From: a virus
Lineage: Duplodnaviria; Heunggongvirae; Uroviricota; Caudoviricetes
Length of the DNA stretch: 64,000 nt
Virus record (IMG/VR): IMGVR_UViG_3300037504_000201
Location: 1-64,000 of that record
Direction: 5' to 3' (one strand)
In this document: positions 1-8,373 of the stretch, in pieces
Position numbering within the stretch: the stretch's first letter is position 1
Layout: each line of letters opens with the position of its first letter
The notes under the pieces: model-generated
Database searches by the model: none
The model's input: the letters and a program-made list of their open reading frames with translations, nothing else
What the model was told of the DNA's origin: nothing
Translations under genes and position numbers: made by a program

Positions 1-1
1 A

Positions 2-1678
2 GCCCTTTTTCAGCCCGCCACGTGTCGTTACGCCCACGAGATGATTTCGTGGATGAAAAAGGGCTACCCCGGCATGGAGATGTGCCTGCAACTTTGCACC
101 GGCGACGGGCACATTCACGATTGCCCATTCCGCCGCCAGTCCAAGCGCAAGGAACCCATCGTCTACGGGCGGCACGAACACCTCGCCTACGGCGTTAGCG
201 TGAGAGACGGGTTCACACTGGGCGTCGTGGACGAACTGCCGCTCAAGGCGTTTATCCGTGAGCGCAAGATCGGGCACAAGCAGATCGACGAGGTGCGCGG
301 GAACGGCGGCCCACTAGACGCGCTGTTCGACCGGCTATACAACTTGATAAAATTCCCCGAGTCGTTTGGGGAGGACACGTGGTGGGGGCACCGTCTACTT
401 GATGAGATCGGGCCGATTCTTGACGACGTGTTTGCCGCCGTCGAGGTGGGCCAACTGCCGCTGCCTGAGATTCCGCCATTGTACGAGGCCAAGGATGTGT
501 TCGACGTCCCGGCCTTCTTTTGGGACGATCTATTGAAAAAGCTGTCCCCCGAATACGAGTGCTGGAAGGCAGGCTGGGTCAATTGGGTCCCCCGCGTCAA
601 GGTCAAGCCCGGCGTGGGCTTGCAAATCTTGGGCCGTGAGACGGTGTGGGAGAATCTGCCAGAGGCGCTGGTGGTGCTAGACGCCACCGGGTCCCCCGAG
701 ATATACGAGCATATTTTTAGACGCCCCATCCACAAGATCGTCGCCCCATCGGTCAAGGCGTCCGGGCGCATCTTCCAAGTCGTCCAGCGACTCAACAACA
801 TCACCGCCGTGATGGAGGCGACGGGCGAGGTAGACGACGAAGGGAAGAAACTGTACGCTCCTAAAAAGAACGGCGCCGAGATGCTCAAGTTAGCAGAGAT
901 GATCGCCGGGCACTATGAGCGACCGGGCCTGGTCACGTTCAAAGGATTAAAACGACACGCGCCTGAATGTTTCGGAGGGCGCGTGTTGCATTTTGGCGGA
1001 CTGCGAGGGCGCAACGTGCTAAAAGACGTGGATTGCTTGATCGTCGCCGGCGGGTTCTGCCCACCCATCCTTGCCGTGATGGACGCCTGCGCCGCAATCA
1101 CCGACCGGATGAAGCCATTCTTCGGCTACTCTGGAAGCGACCCGGTCAGCCCCTGGGTGCCCGCCGCCGTGCGCTACGTGACCAAGGACGGCTCGTGGGC
1201 ATGGCGTTACGTATCGGGATTTTGGAACGACCCCGACCTGCGCGCGTTCCTTGAGCAGTTCCGCCAGGCCGAGCTGGTGCAGTCCATTCACCGCTCACGC
1301 ATCAACTCGCGCCCAGAAAGCGACCCGGTGGATGTGTGGGTGCTGACGTCCATTCCGACCCAAGTCGAGCTGGACGGTGTGTATCAGTGCATCTCAGAGT
1401 CGCATCTATTCCCCAAGCGTGACACCGAGACGCACGAGGGTGTGTACTGGCCCCACTGGCTAAAGATCAAGCCAAAGCTGGACGAGCTGTGGGCGGCGGG
1501 CAGCGCGTGGGTAGACGCAGAGATGCTAGCCGGGTGGACGGGCGTGCAAGTTGAGACGGTGCGCTCTCAAAAGTGGCTTTCGTCCATCGCCGACTATGAA
1601 ACCGAGCGCTGGATTCTCAAGGACAAGCAGATCGGCAACGGACGACCACGCCTGGGGCTGCTGGCGGTGGAGAGTTAA
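2..1678 (+). CDS. hypothetical replication-module protein (5' end lies outside window)
   Basis: Long ORF whose frame is open to the window edge. Strand-like motifs VVLDATG and LIVAGG. No family recognised. Confidence 0.5.
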   Translation, partial: ALFQPATCRYAHEMISWMKKGYPGMEMCLQLCTGDGHIHDCPFRRQSKRKEPIVYGRHEHLAYGVSVRDGFTLGVVDELPLKAFIRERKIGHKQIDEVRGNGGPLDALFDRLYNLIKFPESFGEDTWWGHRLLDEIGPILDDVFAAVEVGQLPLPEIPPLYEAKDVFDVPAFFWDDLLKKLSPEYECWKAGWVNWVPRVKVKPGVGLQILGRETVWENLPEALVVLDATGSPEIYEHIFRRPIHKIVAPSVKASGRIFQVVQRLNNITAVMEATGEVDDEGKKLYAPKKNGAEMLKLAEMIAGHYERPGLVTFKGLKRHAPECFGGRVLHFGGLRGRNVLKDVDCLIVAGGFCPPILAVMDACAAITDRMKPFFGYSGSDPVSPWVPAAVRYVTKDGSWAWRYVSGFWNDPDLRAFLEQFRQAELVQSIHRSRINSRPESDPVDVWVLTSIPTQVELDGVYQCISESHLFPKRDTETHEGVYWPHWLKIKPKLDELWAAGSAWVDAEMLAGWTGVQVETVRSQKWLSSIADYETERWILKDKQIGNGRPRLGLLAVES

Positions 1679-1766
1679 CACGGTTCCGTGTTAATCAATT
1701 TGAGATAATTGATTGTCTTAAAATATAATAATAATGTTTTAAGCCAATCAATTAAGTCAAATTGAA
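1678..1766. repeat. AT-rich composite palindromic element, copy 1
   Basis: TAACACGGTTCCGTGTTA palindrome, then left arm AATCAATTTGAGATAATTGATT, an AT-rich spacer and right arm AATCAATTAAGTCAAATTGA. TTGAGA-18-TATAAT on the + strand (1700-1729). Confidence 0.8.
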
Positions 1767-1779
1767 CAAGGAGAAGACC

Positions 1780-1995
1780 ATGCTATTGATAATCTTGGCC
1801 CTACTATCCCCCATCGTCCCGCCCAATCAGCCCCCACTGGACGACATCGCGTGCATCGTTGGCGGGGAGGCGTCGCACTGGGACGCACAAGTTTTTATCG
1901 CCACCCAACTCATCCATGATCACGAACGCGGCGTTACTTGCGCGACCGCTGGTATGGCTGGCGTTGCGGGTCTGAGCAGGCCGAGCGCGCGGTGA
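1780..1995 (+). CDS. hypothetical small protein with hydrophobic N-terminus
   Basis: ATG at residue 7 of the tracked ORF with RBS AAGGAGAAG. Downstream of element copy 1. Confidence 0.5.
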   Translation: MLLIILALLSPIVPPNQPPLDDIACIVGGEASHWDAQVFIATQLIHDHERGVTCATAGMAGVAGLSRPSAR

Positions 1996-2155
1996 GGCTG
2001 GCGCTGGCTTACTACCCGTTACACTCACACTGCCGGTTCGTCGGAAGCGAGGCCGACGCCGTCACGTGGCGCGCGTGTGGTTGGATTGACGGTGAGGCCG
2101 ACTTGGTGTTTCGCGGCCCAGTTCTGGCGTTTGGATGTGAATAGCAAGCAATTGC

Positions 2156-2184
2156 TTGACATATTCTAGAATGTGTTATATAAT
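2156..2184 (+). promoter_or_regulatory. sigma70-type early promoter class A, copy 1
   Basis: TTGACA-17-TATAAT with the palindrome ATTCTAGAAT in the spacer and CAATTG just upstream. Confidence 0.7.
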
Positions 2185-2230
2185 CTAATCAAGTTAGTAA
2201 ACAACAGATGCGAGATTGAAGGAGACACAA

Positions 2231-2713
2231 ATGAAGCGCACGCAAGATCAAATCAACCAGATGACCAAGCAAGAAAAGATTGACGCCGCGATTGCGACGA
2301 TCCGCAAGCAGTATACCAGCGGAGAACTTACCTTCGAGCGTTTTGACCGGGCTTTTAACAACATTGAGCGCGCTGCCAAGATGATGGGTTGCGAGTTCAA
2401 CCACACCCGCCGCGAGAACGAAGTGCGCTATACCGAGGCGTGCGGGACAGTTGAGGCAGAGGACGGCACAGAGATTAAAATGACCGTCCAGCATGTCAAC
2501 ATCGACCCCGAACGCGCCAGGGCGATATTTGAGACGGGGCATGACGAAGGCGACTGGGGCTGGAAGCACAAGTCTTGGTATTGCCGAGACGAGCAAGAAC
2601 TGAGAGAAACGCAGGCAGCCGCCCGGTTTTACTATGGGTGGAAGGATGGATCGGAAAAGATCACGCCCATCGGCACCGGCGCATTTTGGTACGATGCGCG
2701 ATACGCTTGCTAA
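2231..2713 (+). CDS. hypothetical protein
   Basis: ATG with RBS GAAGGAGA. First gene after promoter A1. Confidence 0.6.
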   Translation: MKRTQDQINQMTKQEKIDAAIATIRKQYTSGELTFERFDRAFNNIERAAKMMGCEFNHTRRENEVRYTEACGTVEAEDGTEIKMTVQHVNIDPERARAIFETGHDEGDWGWKHKSWYCRDEQELRETQAAARFYYGWKDGSEKITPIGTGAFWYDARYAC

Positions 2714-2766
2714 TCGCAATTGAATCGGGGCGGCCTAACCAGCCGCCCCAGAAAGGATTAGAGACG

Positions 2767-2949
2767 ATGAAACAACAACCTAGCATTGATGAAATGAAGA
2801 GGATATGGCACTATCTAAACATCGGTTTGTCGCCAAGGCAGATAGCTGAAAAGATGGAGGCCGCCGGGTACGACTATCTGTGGTCGCTGGACGTTATAGG
2901 CAAAGAGATTGACGATGCCTATAGCGTGGCGCTTGGGAGCGTGCGATGA
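2767..2949 (+). CDS. small helix-turn-helix DNA-binding protein
   Basis: 60-aa ORF from an internal Met. LSPRQIAEKM resembles an HTH. Confidence 0.45.
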   Translation: MKQQPSIDEMKRIWHYLNIGLSPRQIAEKMEAAGYDYLWSLDVIGKEIDDAYSVALGSVR

Positions 2950-3024
2950 ACACAGAGCGAGTACTACCCAACGGAATGGACGAGATCGTCAATCGGCTAA
3001 TCGAGAGTAATTTACAGCAATTAC

Positions 3025-3053
3025 TTGACATATTCTCGATTATGCTATATACT
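3025..3053 (+). promoter_or_regulatory. sigma70-type early promoter class A, copy 2
   Basis: TTGACA-17-TATACT. Near-identical to the copy at 2156, preceded by CAATTA. Confidence 0.65.
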
Positions 3054-3089
3054 ATCTATAGATTGATAGAATGATGGAGGGAGACACCA

Positions 3090-3398
3090 ATGTATTACAT
3101 CAAGCAGGTTGAGGGCGAGCTAGCAGACGCAGCCAAGTCCATTCGCGCCGCTGTCAAAGCCAAAGACTTTGACCGGGCGCGTGAGATTTGGCGCGATGTG
3201 ACCGGTGAGGACGATAAGGATGAGTCGTGGTTTCGCTACAATGCGGCTCATTACATCGCTTGCCGGTCCGGTCTCACCGTCAATGACTGGCACCTGCTAT
3301 ACGAGCGGTGCAGCGACGAAGAGATGCGAGCCAAGGCCGCCGCTCGATTGGCAGAGCGCAAGGTCGGCGGCAAGTGGGCCGTCGAGTACACGTATTAG
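3090..3398 (+). CDS. hypothetical protein, tandem paralog 1
   Basis: 102 aa with RBS GGAGGGAG. Paralogous to 3408-3716. Confidence 0.65.
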   Translation: MYYIKQVEGELADAAKSIRAAVKAKDFDRAREIWRDVTGEDDKDESWFRYNAAHYIACRSGLTVNDWHLLYERCSDEEMRAKAAARLAERKVGGKWAVEYTY

Positions 3399-3407
3399 GA
3401 GGCTTCA

Positions 3408-3716
3408 ATGTTCTACATCGAGCAGACTGAAGGCACACGCGTCACCGCCGCTAACGACATCCGTCTGGCGGCTGAGCTTGGCGAATTCGCCCGCGCCCGC
3501 GCGATTTTTGAGCGCGTGACCGGCGAGCGGATGCCAAGCGCGACGGATGACGCCTGGTGGGCTGAAGCCGCGCCAATCGCCATTCAACGTTTTGTCCCCC
3601 GCCACATCACAGACACTTACCCGATGTGGCGCGAGGAATATTTCAGCGCCCGCGCCGCCGCCGACCACGCAGAGCGTGAGTTGGGCGGACGGTGGGCCGT
3701 TCGATTTGGATACTAG
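3408..3716 (+). CDS. hypothetical protein, tandem paralog 2
   Basis: 102 aa with RBS AGGAGG. Shares its N- and C-terminal motifs with 3090-3398. Confidence 0.65.
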   Translation: MFYIEQTEGTRVTAANDIRLAAELGEFARARAIFERVTGERMPSATDDAWWAEAAPIAIQRFVPRHITDTYPMWREEYFSARAAADHAERELGGRWAVRFGY

Positions 3717-3726
3717 GAGGGAGACG

Positions 3727-4092
3727 ATGCAGAAGATTTATTTAATCCGTGGCTGGCACAAGCTAGATTTGAATGTGCCGGATGACGTACCGGACGATTG
3801 GCAGATTTGGAACGCTGCCCGCCCGTTCCCCGCCCACAAGACGTGGCAAGGCGACTTTGTCCATGGTGTCTTTTACGGCGCCATTGACCCACAAGGCGAC
3901 TTCGGACAAGAGTACATCGAGCGTGCTCAAGAGCTGGATGCCAGCGTCATTGAATGGAAGGCTGAAGATGACGTATGGGCCTATGGGGAGATGATTTGCG
4001 CCAAATACGGGCGTGAGTTGGACGGGTTCACATTCGACCAGATCGCCGAAAGCTATGCCGGTTGGTTGCGGCGGCAAGAGGAGGGAAGATGA
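3727..4092 (+). CDS. hypothetical protein
   Basis: Internal Met with RBS AGGAGGGAG. Confidence 0.55.
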   Translation: MQKIYLIRGWHKLDLNVPDDVPDDWQIWNAARPFPAHKTWQGDFVHGVFYGAIDPQGDFGQEYIERAQELDASVIEWKAEDDVWAYGEMICAKYGRELDGFTFDQIAESYAGWLRRQEEGR

Positions 4093-4394
4093 AGTGGTAT
4101 ATTGGCTTCACCTTCGCCGACACCCGCGCATATCTCGACCAGCGCGGCATAGACGCAAGCCGCGTCAACATCGAGCGCTCGACGCGCTACCTTGAGTGCT
4201 TGGTGGCGCTGGCGATTCAGCATCAGTGGCCCCACGCGGGCTATCAGTGCAACGATGGACCGAGCGGGCGAACGCTCGAGATCGCGGGCGACGTAGGCGA
4301 CCCCACGTCCATTGTCGAGCGCGTCAAGGCGCGGCTCGGGTGGCCGGTGGACGATTACGGACAGGTGGCGCGATGCCAGAACGATCCGGCATAA
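4089..4394 (+). CDS. hypothetical protein
   Basis: ATGA overlap with the upstream gene. RBS AGGAGGG. Confidence 0.5.
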   Translation: MKWYIGFTFADTRAYLDQRGIDASRVNIERSTRYLECLVALAIQHQWPHAGYQCNDGPSGRTLEIAGDVGDPTSIVERVKARLGWPVDDYGQVARCQNDPA

Positions 4395-4924
4395 TCGCCT
4401 TCACCTACGCCTGGCGCCTTGTCGGGCCGACCCACCCGCGTCACTTGTGGCCAGGCGACCAACGCCCGGTATCCACCCAGTTCGTCGTCTACGGTGGGCT
4501 ATCGTTCCACACCGACCGCGACGACGCGCCGGGCCGGGTATGGATGCCGCACGTCATGGCGGTAACGGCAGAGGCGTTTTACCGTCACGCCTGGCGCGAC
4601 CGCAAGCCATTCCACGTCAACACCCACGTTGATTTGGAGGGCAAGTACACGCTCCACCCCTATTCGCTCGTCGCCGGCCTGGTCGTGTTGCTCGACTTTG
4701 ACAAAAACGGCGTGAACGACGTATGGGCGGACGTGATAGTCAGCAGGCCCGGCGACATCGAGTCGCTGGGTAACGAGATGGACGAAACGCTTGACTTTAT
4801 GCGAATGAGTCAAGCGGACAAGCAGCCGCTAGGTCAGTTCAGTTGGGGCGCCATCGTGCAAAGAGTGAGCGACGTGACGTTCCAATATGACGGCCCGGCG
4901 GCAGCGGCACAAGAGGCTTTTTAA
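4373..4924 (+). CDS. hypothetical protein
   Basis: Internal Met overlapping the upstream stop. Confidence 0.45.
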   Translation: MPERSGIIAFTYAWRLVGPTHPRHLWPGDQRPVSTQFVVYGGLSFHTDRDDAPGRVWMPHVMAVTAEAFYRHAWRDRKPFHVNTHVDLEGKYTLHPYSLVAGLVVLLDFDKNGVNDVWADVIVSRPGDIESLGNEMDETLDFMRMSQADKQPLGQFSWGAIVQRVSDVTFQYDGPAAAAQEAF

Positions 4925-4938
4925 GAAGGAGATAAACA

Positions 4939-5211
4939 ATGTTTACGAGGGTAATCGCGGATGAAAATGGTCCAGTTTACTTGCCGTATGAATTTAGCGG
5001 CGCATGGACTGGCGAAGAAAAGCAGATCGTCAAAAGCACGCTGGACAAGCACGTGCCAGAGCACGTCTACGCCAGCTTTAACAACTGGCACATCGCCAAG
5101 TATCACGACGGGCTTTTTACCGCCCGTCGCGCAACGTGGACAATGGGCGGCATCACGGGCGAGACGGCGCAAGAGTTAACTCAAAAGATTGCGGAGTACT
5201 ATCATGATTGA
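4939..5211 (+). CDS. hypothetical protein
   Basis: RBS AAGGAGA. Confidence 0.6.
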   Translation: MFTRVIADENGPVYLPYEFSGAWTGEEKQIVKSTLDKHVPEHVYASFNNWHIAKYHDGLFTARRATWTMGGITGETAQELTQKIAEYYHD

Positions 5212-5821
5212 ATTCGAATCAGACACCCAGACCAATAGAGTGCGGCTCGAGTGGGCCGCGCGGCGCATCGCGTCCAATCATGACAAGGCCCCCGCGTCCC
5301 CGCTCTACGCGCTATCTAAGCTCGTCATCGCCCCGCGCTGGATTGGGCGAGGCGTGCGAGCACCGGGATTGCGCCGCTGGAAGCGTGGCGAGCTGATCGA
5401 GGTCGTAGGCGCGCTGTTGCGCCGCGACAAGGCGGCGGCGCGTGAGGAATGGGGCGACGTGGGCTATTACGTCGCCCAATCGTGGGGCTGGCTGTGGCGC
5501 GCCTATGTGGCCGTCACGCCCAACGACGTCATCGAGGCCGCGTGCCGCAAGTTCGAGGCGCGCGCTGCGACAAAGCGAGTGGTACCCGTCGGACGTCGGC
5601 GGGTGATCAGTGCAAGGAGGGGTGAATCTATGTTACAGTTTCCACTTTTTGGGTTTGGCGATGCGAGCGTCTCCCGCTCGCCTGACGGGTGCACTGTTTA
5701 CACACAAAGAATGGGCATTGTATTGCGCACGATTACTTATTCGCCCAGTGGCGCGTACATAAGTACCGTTGATGTAAACACTGCCACAAAAGAGACGATA
5801 ATGGTGCAGCTCAATGAGTAG
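5204..5821 (+). CDS. MazG-like nucleotide pyrophosphohydrolase domain protein (putative)
   Basis: EL-IEVVGALL...EEWGDVGYYVA follows the EExxE...EexGD pattern of MazG/HisE. Confidence 0.4.
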   Translation: MIEFESDTQTNRVRLEWAARRIASNHDKAPASPLYALSKLVIAPRWIGRGVRAPGLRRWKRGELIEVVGALLRRDKAAAREEWGDVGYYVAQSWGWLWRAYVAVTPNDVIEAACRKFEARAATKRVVPVGRRRVISARRGESMLQFPLFGFGDASVSRSPDGCTVYTQRMGIVLRTITYSPSGAYISTVDVNTATKETIMVQLNE

Positions 5822-6149
5822 AATCAGCAACGAATGGGATGAGAATAGCGTGGCTGTCGAGGCGTTGATAATCTTCGCCAAGCTTCGCCGCGCCAAATGT
5901 TACCCCGATTGCCACAAAGTCGGCAAGCCCGAGATCGTCGCCGAGCGTCAGCACCTCGATGGAATGTCATACGAGGTCGTCATCCCCTACGAGGTGGCGC
6001 CGAACACCTACGGACCTGACCGGCTGGCCCGCTACCGGTTTGGCCCACGCTGTGATTACTGTCTTGGCACCGGCTTTAGCTCATCCGGCTCGACCGACGG
6101 CGTGACGTGCCGTGCGTGTCAGGGCTGGGGCGTAAAGCCGCCAGTGTAG
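5814..6149 (+). CDS. hypothetical protein with C-terminal CxxC-x-CxxC
   Basis: CDYC and CRAC motifs. Confidence 0.5.
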   Translation: MSRISNEWDENSVAVEALIIFAKLRRAKCYPDCHKVGKPEIVAERQHLDGMSYEVVIPYEVAPNTYGPDRLARYRFGPRCDYCLGTGFSSSGSTDGVTCRACQGWGVKPPV

Positions 6150-6158
6150 GAGGGAGAA

Positions 6159-6872
6159 ATGCCTAAACGTAAACGACCCACTTTGCAGCAACTCGAGGCC
6201 CATTCCGCGCCGATTATGAGCGCGATGGGCACAACGCTCACCGACACCGAGCGTGCAATTTACTGGCACGTGCGCAAGGCCGGCCCCAGCACGTCGCAAG
6301 ACCTGCTGGACGCCAGAAACGAGATCGGCGCGTGCGAAAGCGGTATTCGCAACGCACTGACTGACCTGGTCAAGCTAGGCCTGCTCACGCGTCGCCATGG
6401 AACATACCCTTACGTCCATGAGGCCGTGACGCACTTCCCGCTGGACGACGCGCAGAAGCTGTGCCAAGACGAGCGCGAGGTGGCGCGATGTCTGTCCGGC
6501 TGCGGAACCGACCGGTTCATTAGCCTGGCGCTGGATTTCTTCTGGCGCGCCAAGCCGGTATTAAGGATGGGGAAAGGATTGAGCGGTAGATACTTGGTAT
6601 ACGGCGTGAGCTACAAAGGCGGGTTCAAGGAACGGGTGTCCGTCTCGTTGGTTGAGCAGCACGAATACAAGCCAGACTACCATGTCCATATTAGCCCCGC
6701 CTGGTTTGAAAATATCGGTGCTGATGCACCGCTGATCAGCTTGCTCGAAGCCGACTTGGGCGCCTACCCGTGGGCTTATACCTACTGGGTGCGGCGCAAC
6801 GAGGGAAAGCTACCGCGCTACCTACTGCCCGGTCAAGAGGCGGCGATAATGGAGGAGCTAAACGATGCCTAA
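6159..6872 (+). CDS. winged-helix DNA-binding protein (putative regulator)
   Basis: RBS AGGAGGGAG. The N-terminal 90 aa are wHTH/MarR-like. Confidence 0.45.
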   Translation: MPKRKRPTLQQLEAHSAPIMSAMGTTLTDTERAIYWHVRKAGPSTSQDLLDARNEIGACESGIRNALTDLVKLGLLTRRHGTYPYVHEAVTHFPLDDAQKLCQDEREVARCLSGCGTDRFISLALDFFWRAKPVLRMGKGLSGRYLVYGVSYKGGFKERVSVSLVEQHEYKPDYHVHISPAWFENIGADAPLISLLEADLGAYPWAYTYWVRRNEGKLPRYLLPGQEAAIMEELNDA

Positions 6873-7167
6873 ACCGATTTTGTGGCACGCCTACGAAACT
6901 GACACGCGCACCGGCGCGCGCCGTCGCTTGACCGAGCGCCCAATGGCGTGGGCGTGGTGCGCGCGGCTGTTCGAGAACTTCAAGTCCTCCAACTCCAACA
7001 ACGGCGTCACCATCATCGACGTCGAGCCGGAGGGCGGGTGGCGCGTCATCGAACACGAGCCAATTATGGTAATTTTGCAAGCGTTCCGCGATGGACAGTT
7101 GGACATGCGCGGCGCGCTACAGGCGATAAAGCAGGTCGGGCAATGTGACCCGACGGATGAGCTGTAA
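6865..7167 (+). CDS. hypothetical protein
   Basis: RBS GGAGGAG. Overlaps the upstream stop. Confidence 0.55.
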   Translation: MPKPILWHAYETDTRTGARRRLTERPMAWAWCARLFENFKSSNSNNGVTIIDVEPEGGWRVIEHEPIMVILQAFRDGQLDMRGALQAIKQVGQCDPTDEL

Positions 7168-7174
7168 AGGAGAG

Positions 7175-7396
7175 ATGATGAAACCAAAGATTAAAAAAGA
7201 AGTCGCCGTGTCTTGGGTGTATAAGCCAGTGGGGATAATCTATTTGTACGCCACGAACGATGCCGCCAACGAGCTATCTGAGTTTGGTGATTTATTCCAG
7301 CGAGATTCAGGCGAGTGGCGCATGATCGTTGATCCAAGATTTGATTTTGATGAAGTGCTTGCGTACATCGAGCGCTACGGAGAAGATAAGAAATGA
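7175..7396 (+). CDS. hypothetical protein
   Basis: Internal Met with RBS AAGGAGAG. Confidence 0.5.
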   Translation: MMKPKIKKEVAVSWVYKPVGIIYLYATNDAANELSEFGDLFQRDSGEWRMIVDPRFDFDEVLAYIERYGEDKK

Positions 7397-7674
7397 ACCT
7401 ACCAACCGACAAAACCAAGCTGGACCACCTCGTCGCCGCCGTGCTGCTCAAGCTAGGCGATGCGACCGAGGCTCAAGAGGTAGTGGACGAGCTGGGGGCG
7501 ATGGGCTACGACGTGAGCGAATTCTCCAAACATGCTTGCGGGCACTGCCTGGCCCGCTTGCGCCGTGGGCACCCGGCAATCGCAGACCGCTACCGGGGCA
7601 CAAGTAATGTGTGGTCCCTCACGCGCATCGGGCGCGCGCGGGCCGAACGGTGGGCAGAGAGGATAGAGGTGTAA
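7393..7674 (+). CDS. hypothetical protein
   Basis: ATGA overlap (translational coupling). Confidence 0.5.
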   Translation: MNLPTDKTKLDHLVAAVLLKLGDATEAQEVVDELGAMGYDVSEFSKHACGHCLARLRRGHPAIADRYRGTSNVWSLTRIGRARAERWAERIEV

Positions 7675-7675
7675 T

Positions 7676-8278
7676 ATGGAATACATTGATAATCTGATGG
7701 ACAAGCTGGAAGTGGTATTCGCCCCACCGTGGAAGCGTATACCTGGTAACACAATCGTCGCCGGCGATTACATCGACGTGAGCGTCAAAGGCCAATCCGG
7801 GAAGGTCGTCATTAACTTGTACTGTCGCCCTGACTGGCGCCTGCTCTATGAACGCTACGGACAAAGCGTGCTGGACGCGCGGGGAGACGAGCAATCCAAG
7901 ACGATAGCCGTGACGTGGGTGTACCCAAGTGCTGACGCAGTCGATCCGCAAGACGTCAGTCGGCGCGTGGAGTTCTTTCTGCGCGAGTTTGGCGTTGCGC
8001 ACCTGGTTGACCTCGACCTATGGGACGCGGCGGCGCTGTTGGTCGGCAACGGGCCGAAGTGGTGGGCGTACACAGAGATCCCGCTTGTCGAACGAGAGAT
8101 CAAGGACGGAGTGGTCACGGCGCACTACCGGCGCAACGATGAGGGTGAGGTGGTAGGATTCTTGCACGTCAAGCGCGCGTCCATTGACTTACCAGACGGC
8201 GCCGACAATATGTCGCTGACGTGGTCGGGCACGCCGGAAGAGATCAAGTCAGTCTGGGAGACGCTAGACTTCGCATAG
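7676..8278 (+). CDS. hypothetical protein
   Basis: 200-aa ORF. Start is 2 nt after the upstream stop. Confidence 0.55.
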   Translation: MEYIDNLMDKLEVVFAPPWKRIPGNTIVAGDYIDVSVKGQSGKVVINLYCRPDWRLLYERYGQSVLDARGDEQSKTIAVTWVYPSADAVDPQDVSRRVEFFLREFGVAHLVDLDLWDAAALLVGNGPKWWAYTEIPLVEREIKDGVVTAHYRRNDEGEVVGFLHVKRASIDLPDGADNMSLTWSGTPEEIKSVWETLDFA

Positions 8279-8289
8279 ATATATGACTT

Positions 8290-8350
8290 TGTTGATTCTC
8301 CTAAAACATTATTATTATATTTTAAGAGAATCAATTATGTCAAATTGAAT
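8290..8350. repeat. AT-rich palindromic element, copy 2 (right arm only)
   Basis: Arm GAATCAATTATGTCAAATTGAAT. TTGACA-18-TATAAT on the minus strand, so it points antisense here. Confidence 0.7.
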
Positions 8351-8373
8351 TCTAGGAGGGAGATAGAAACCGC

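Noticed and set aside
2-1678. The first large ORF as DNA polymerase or terminase.
   Set aside because: No Pol A/B motifs (DYSQIELR, YGDTDS) and no Walker A box, so only a generic replication-module call is given.
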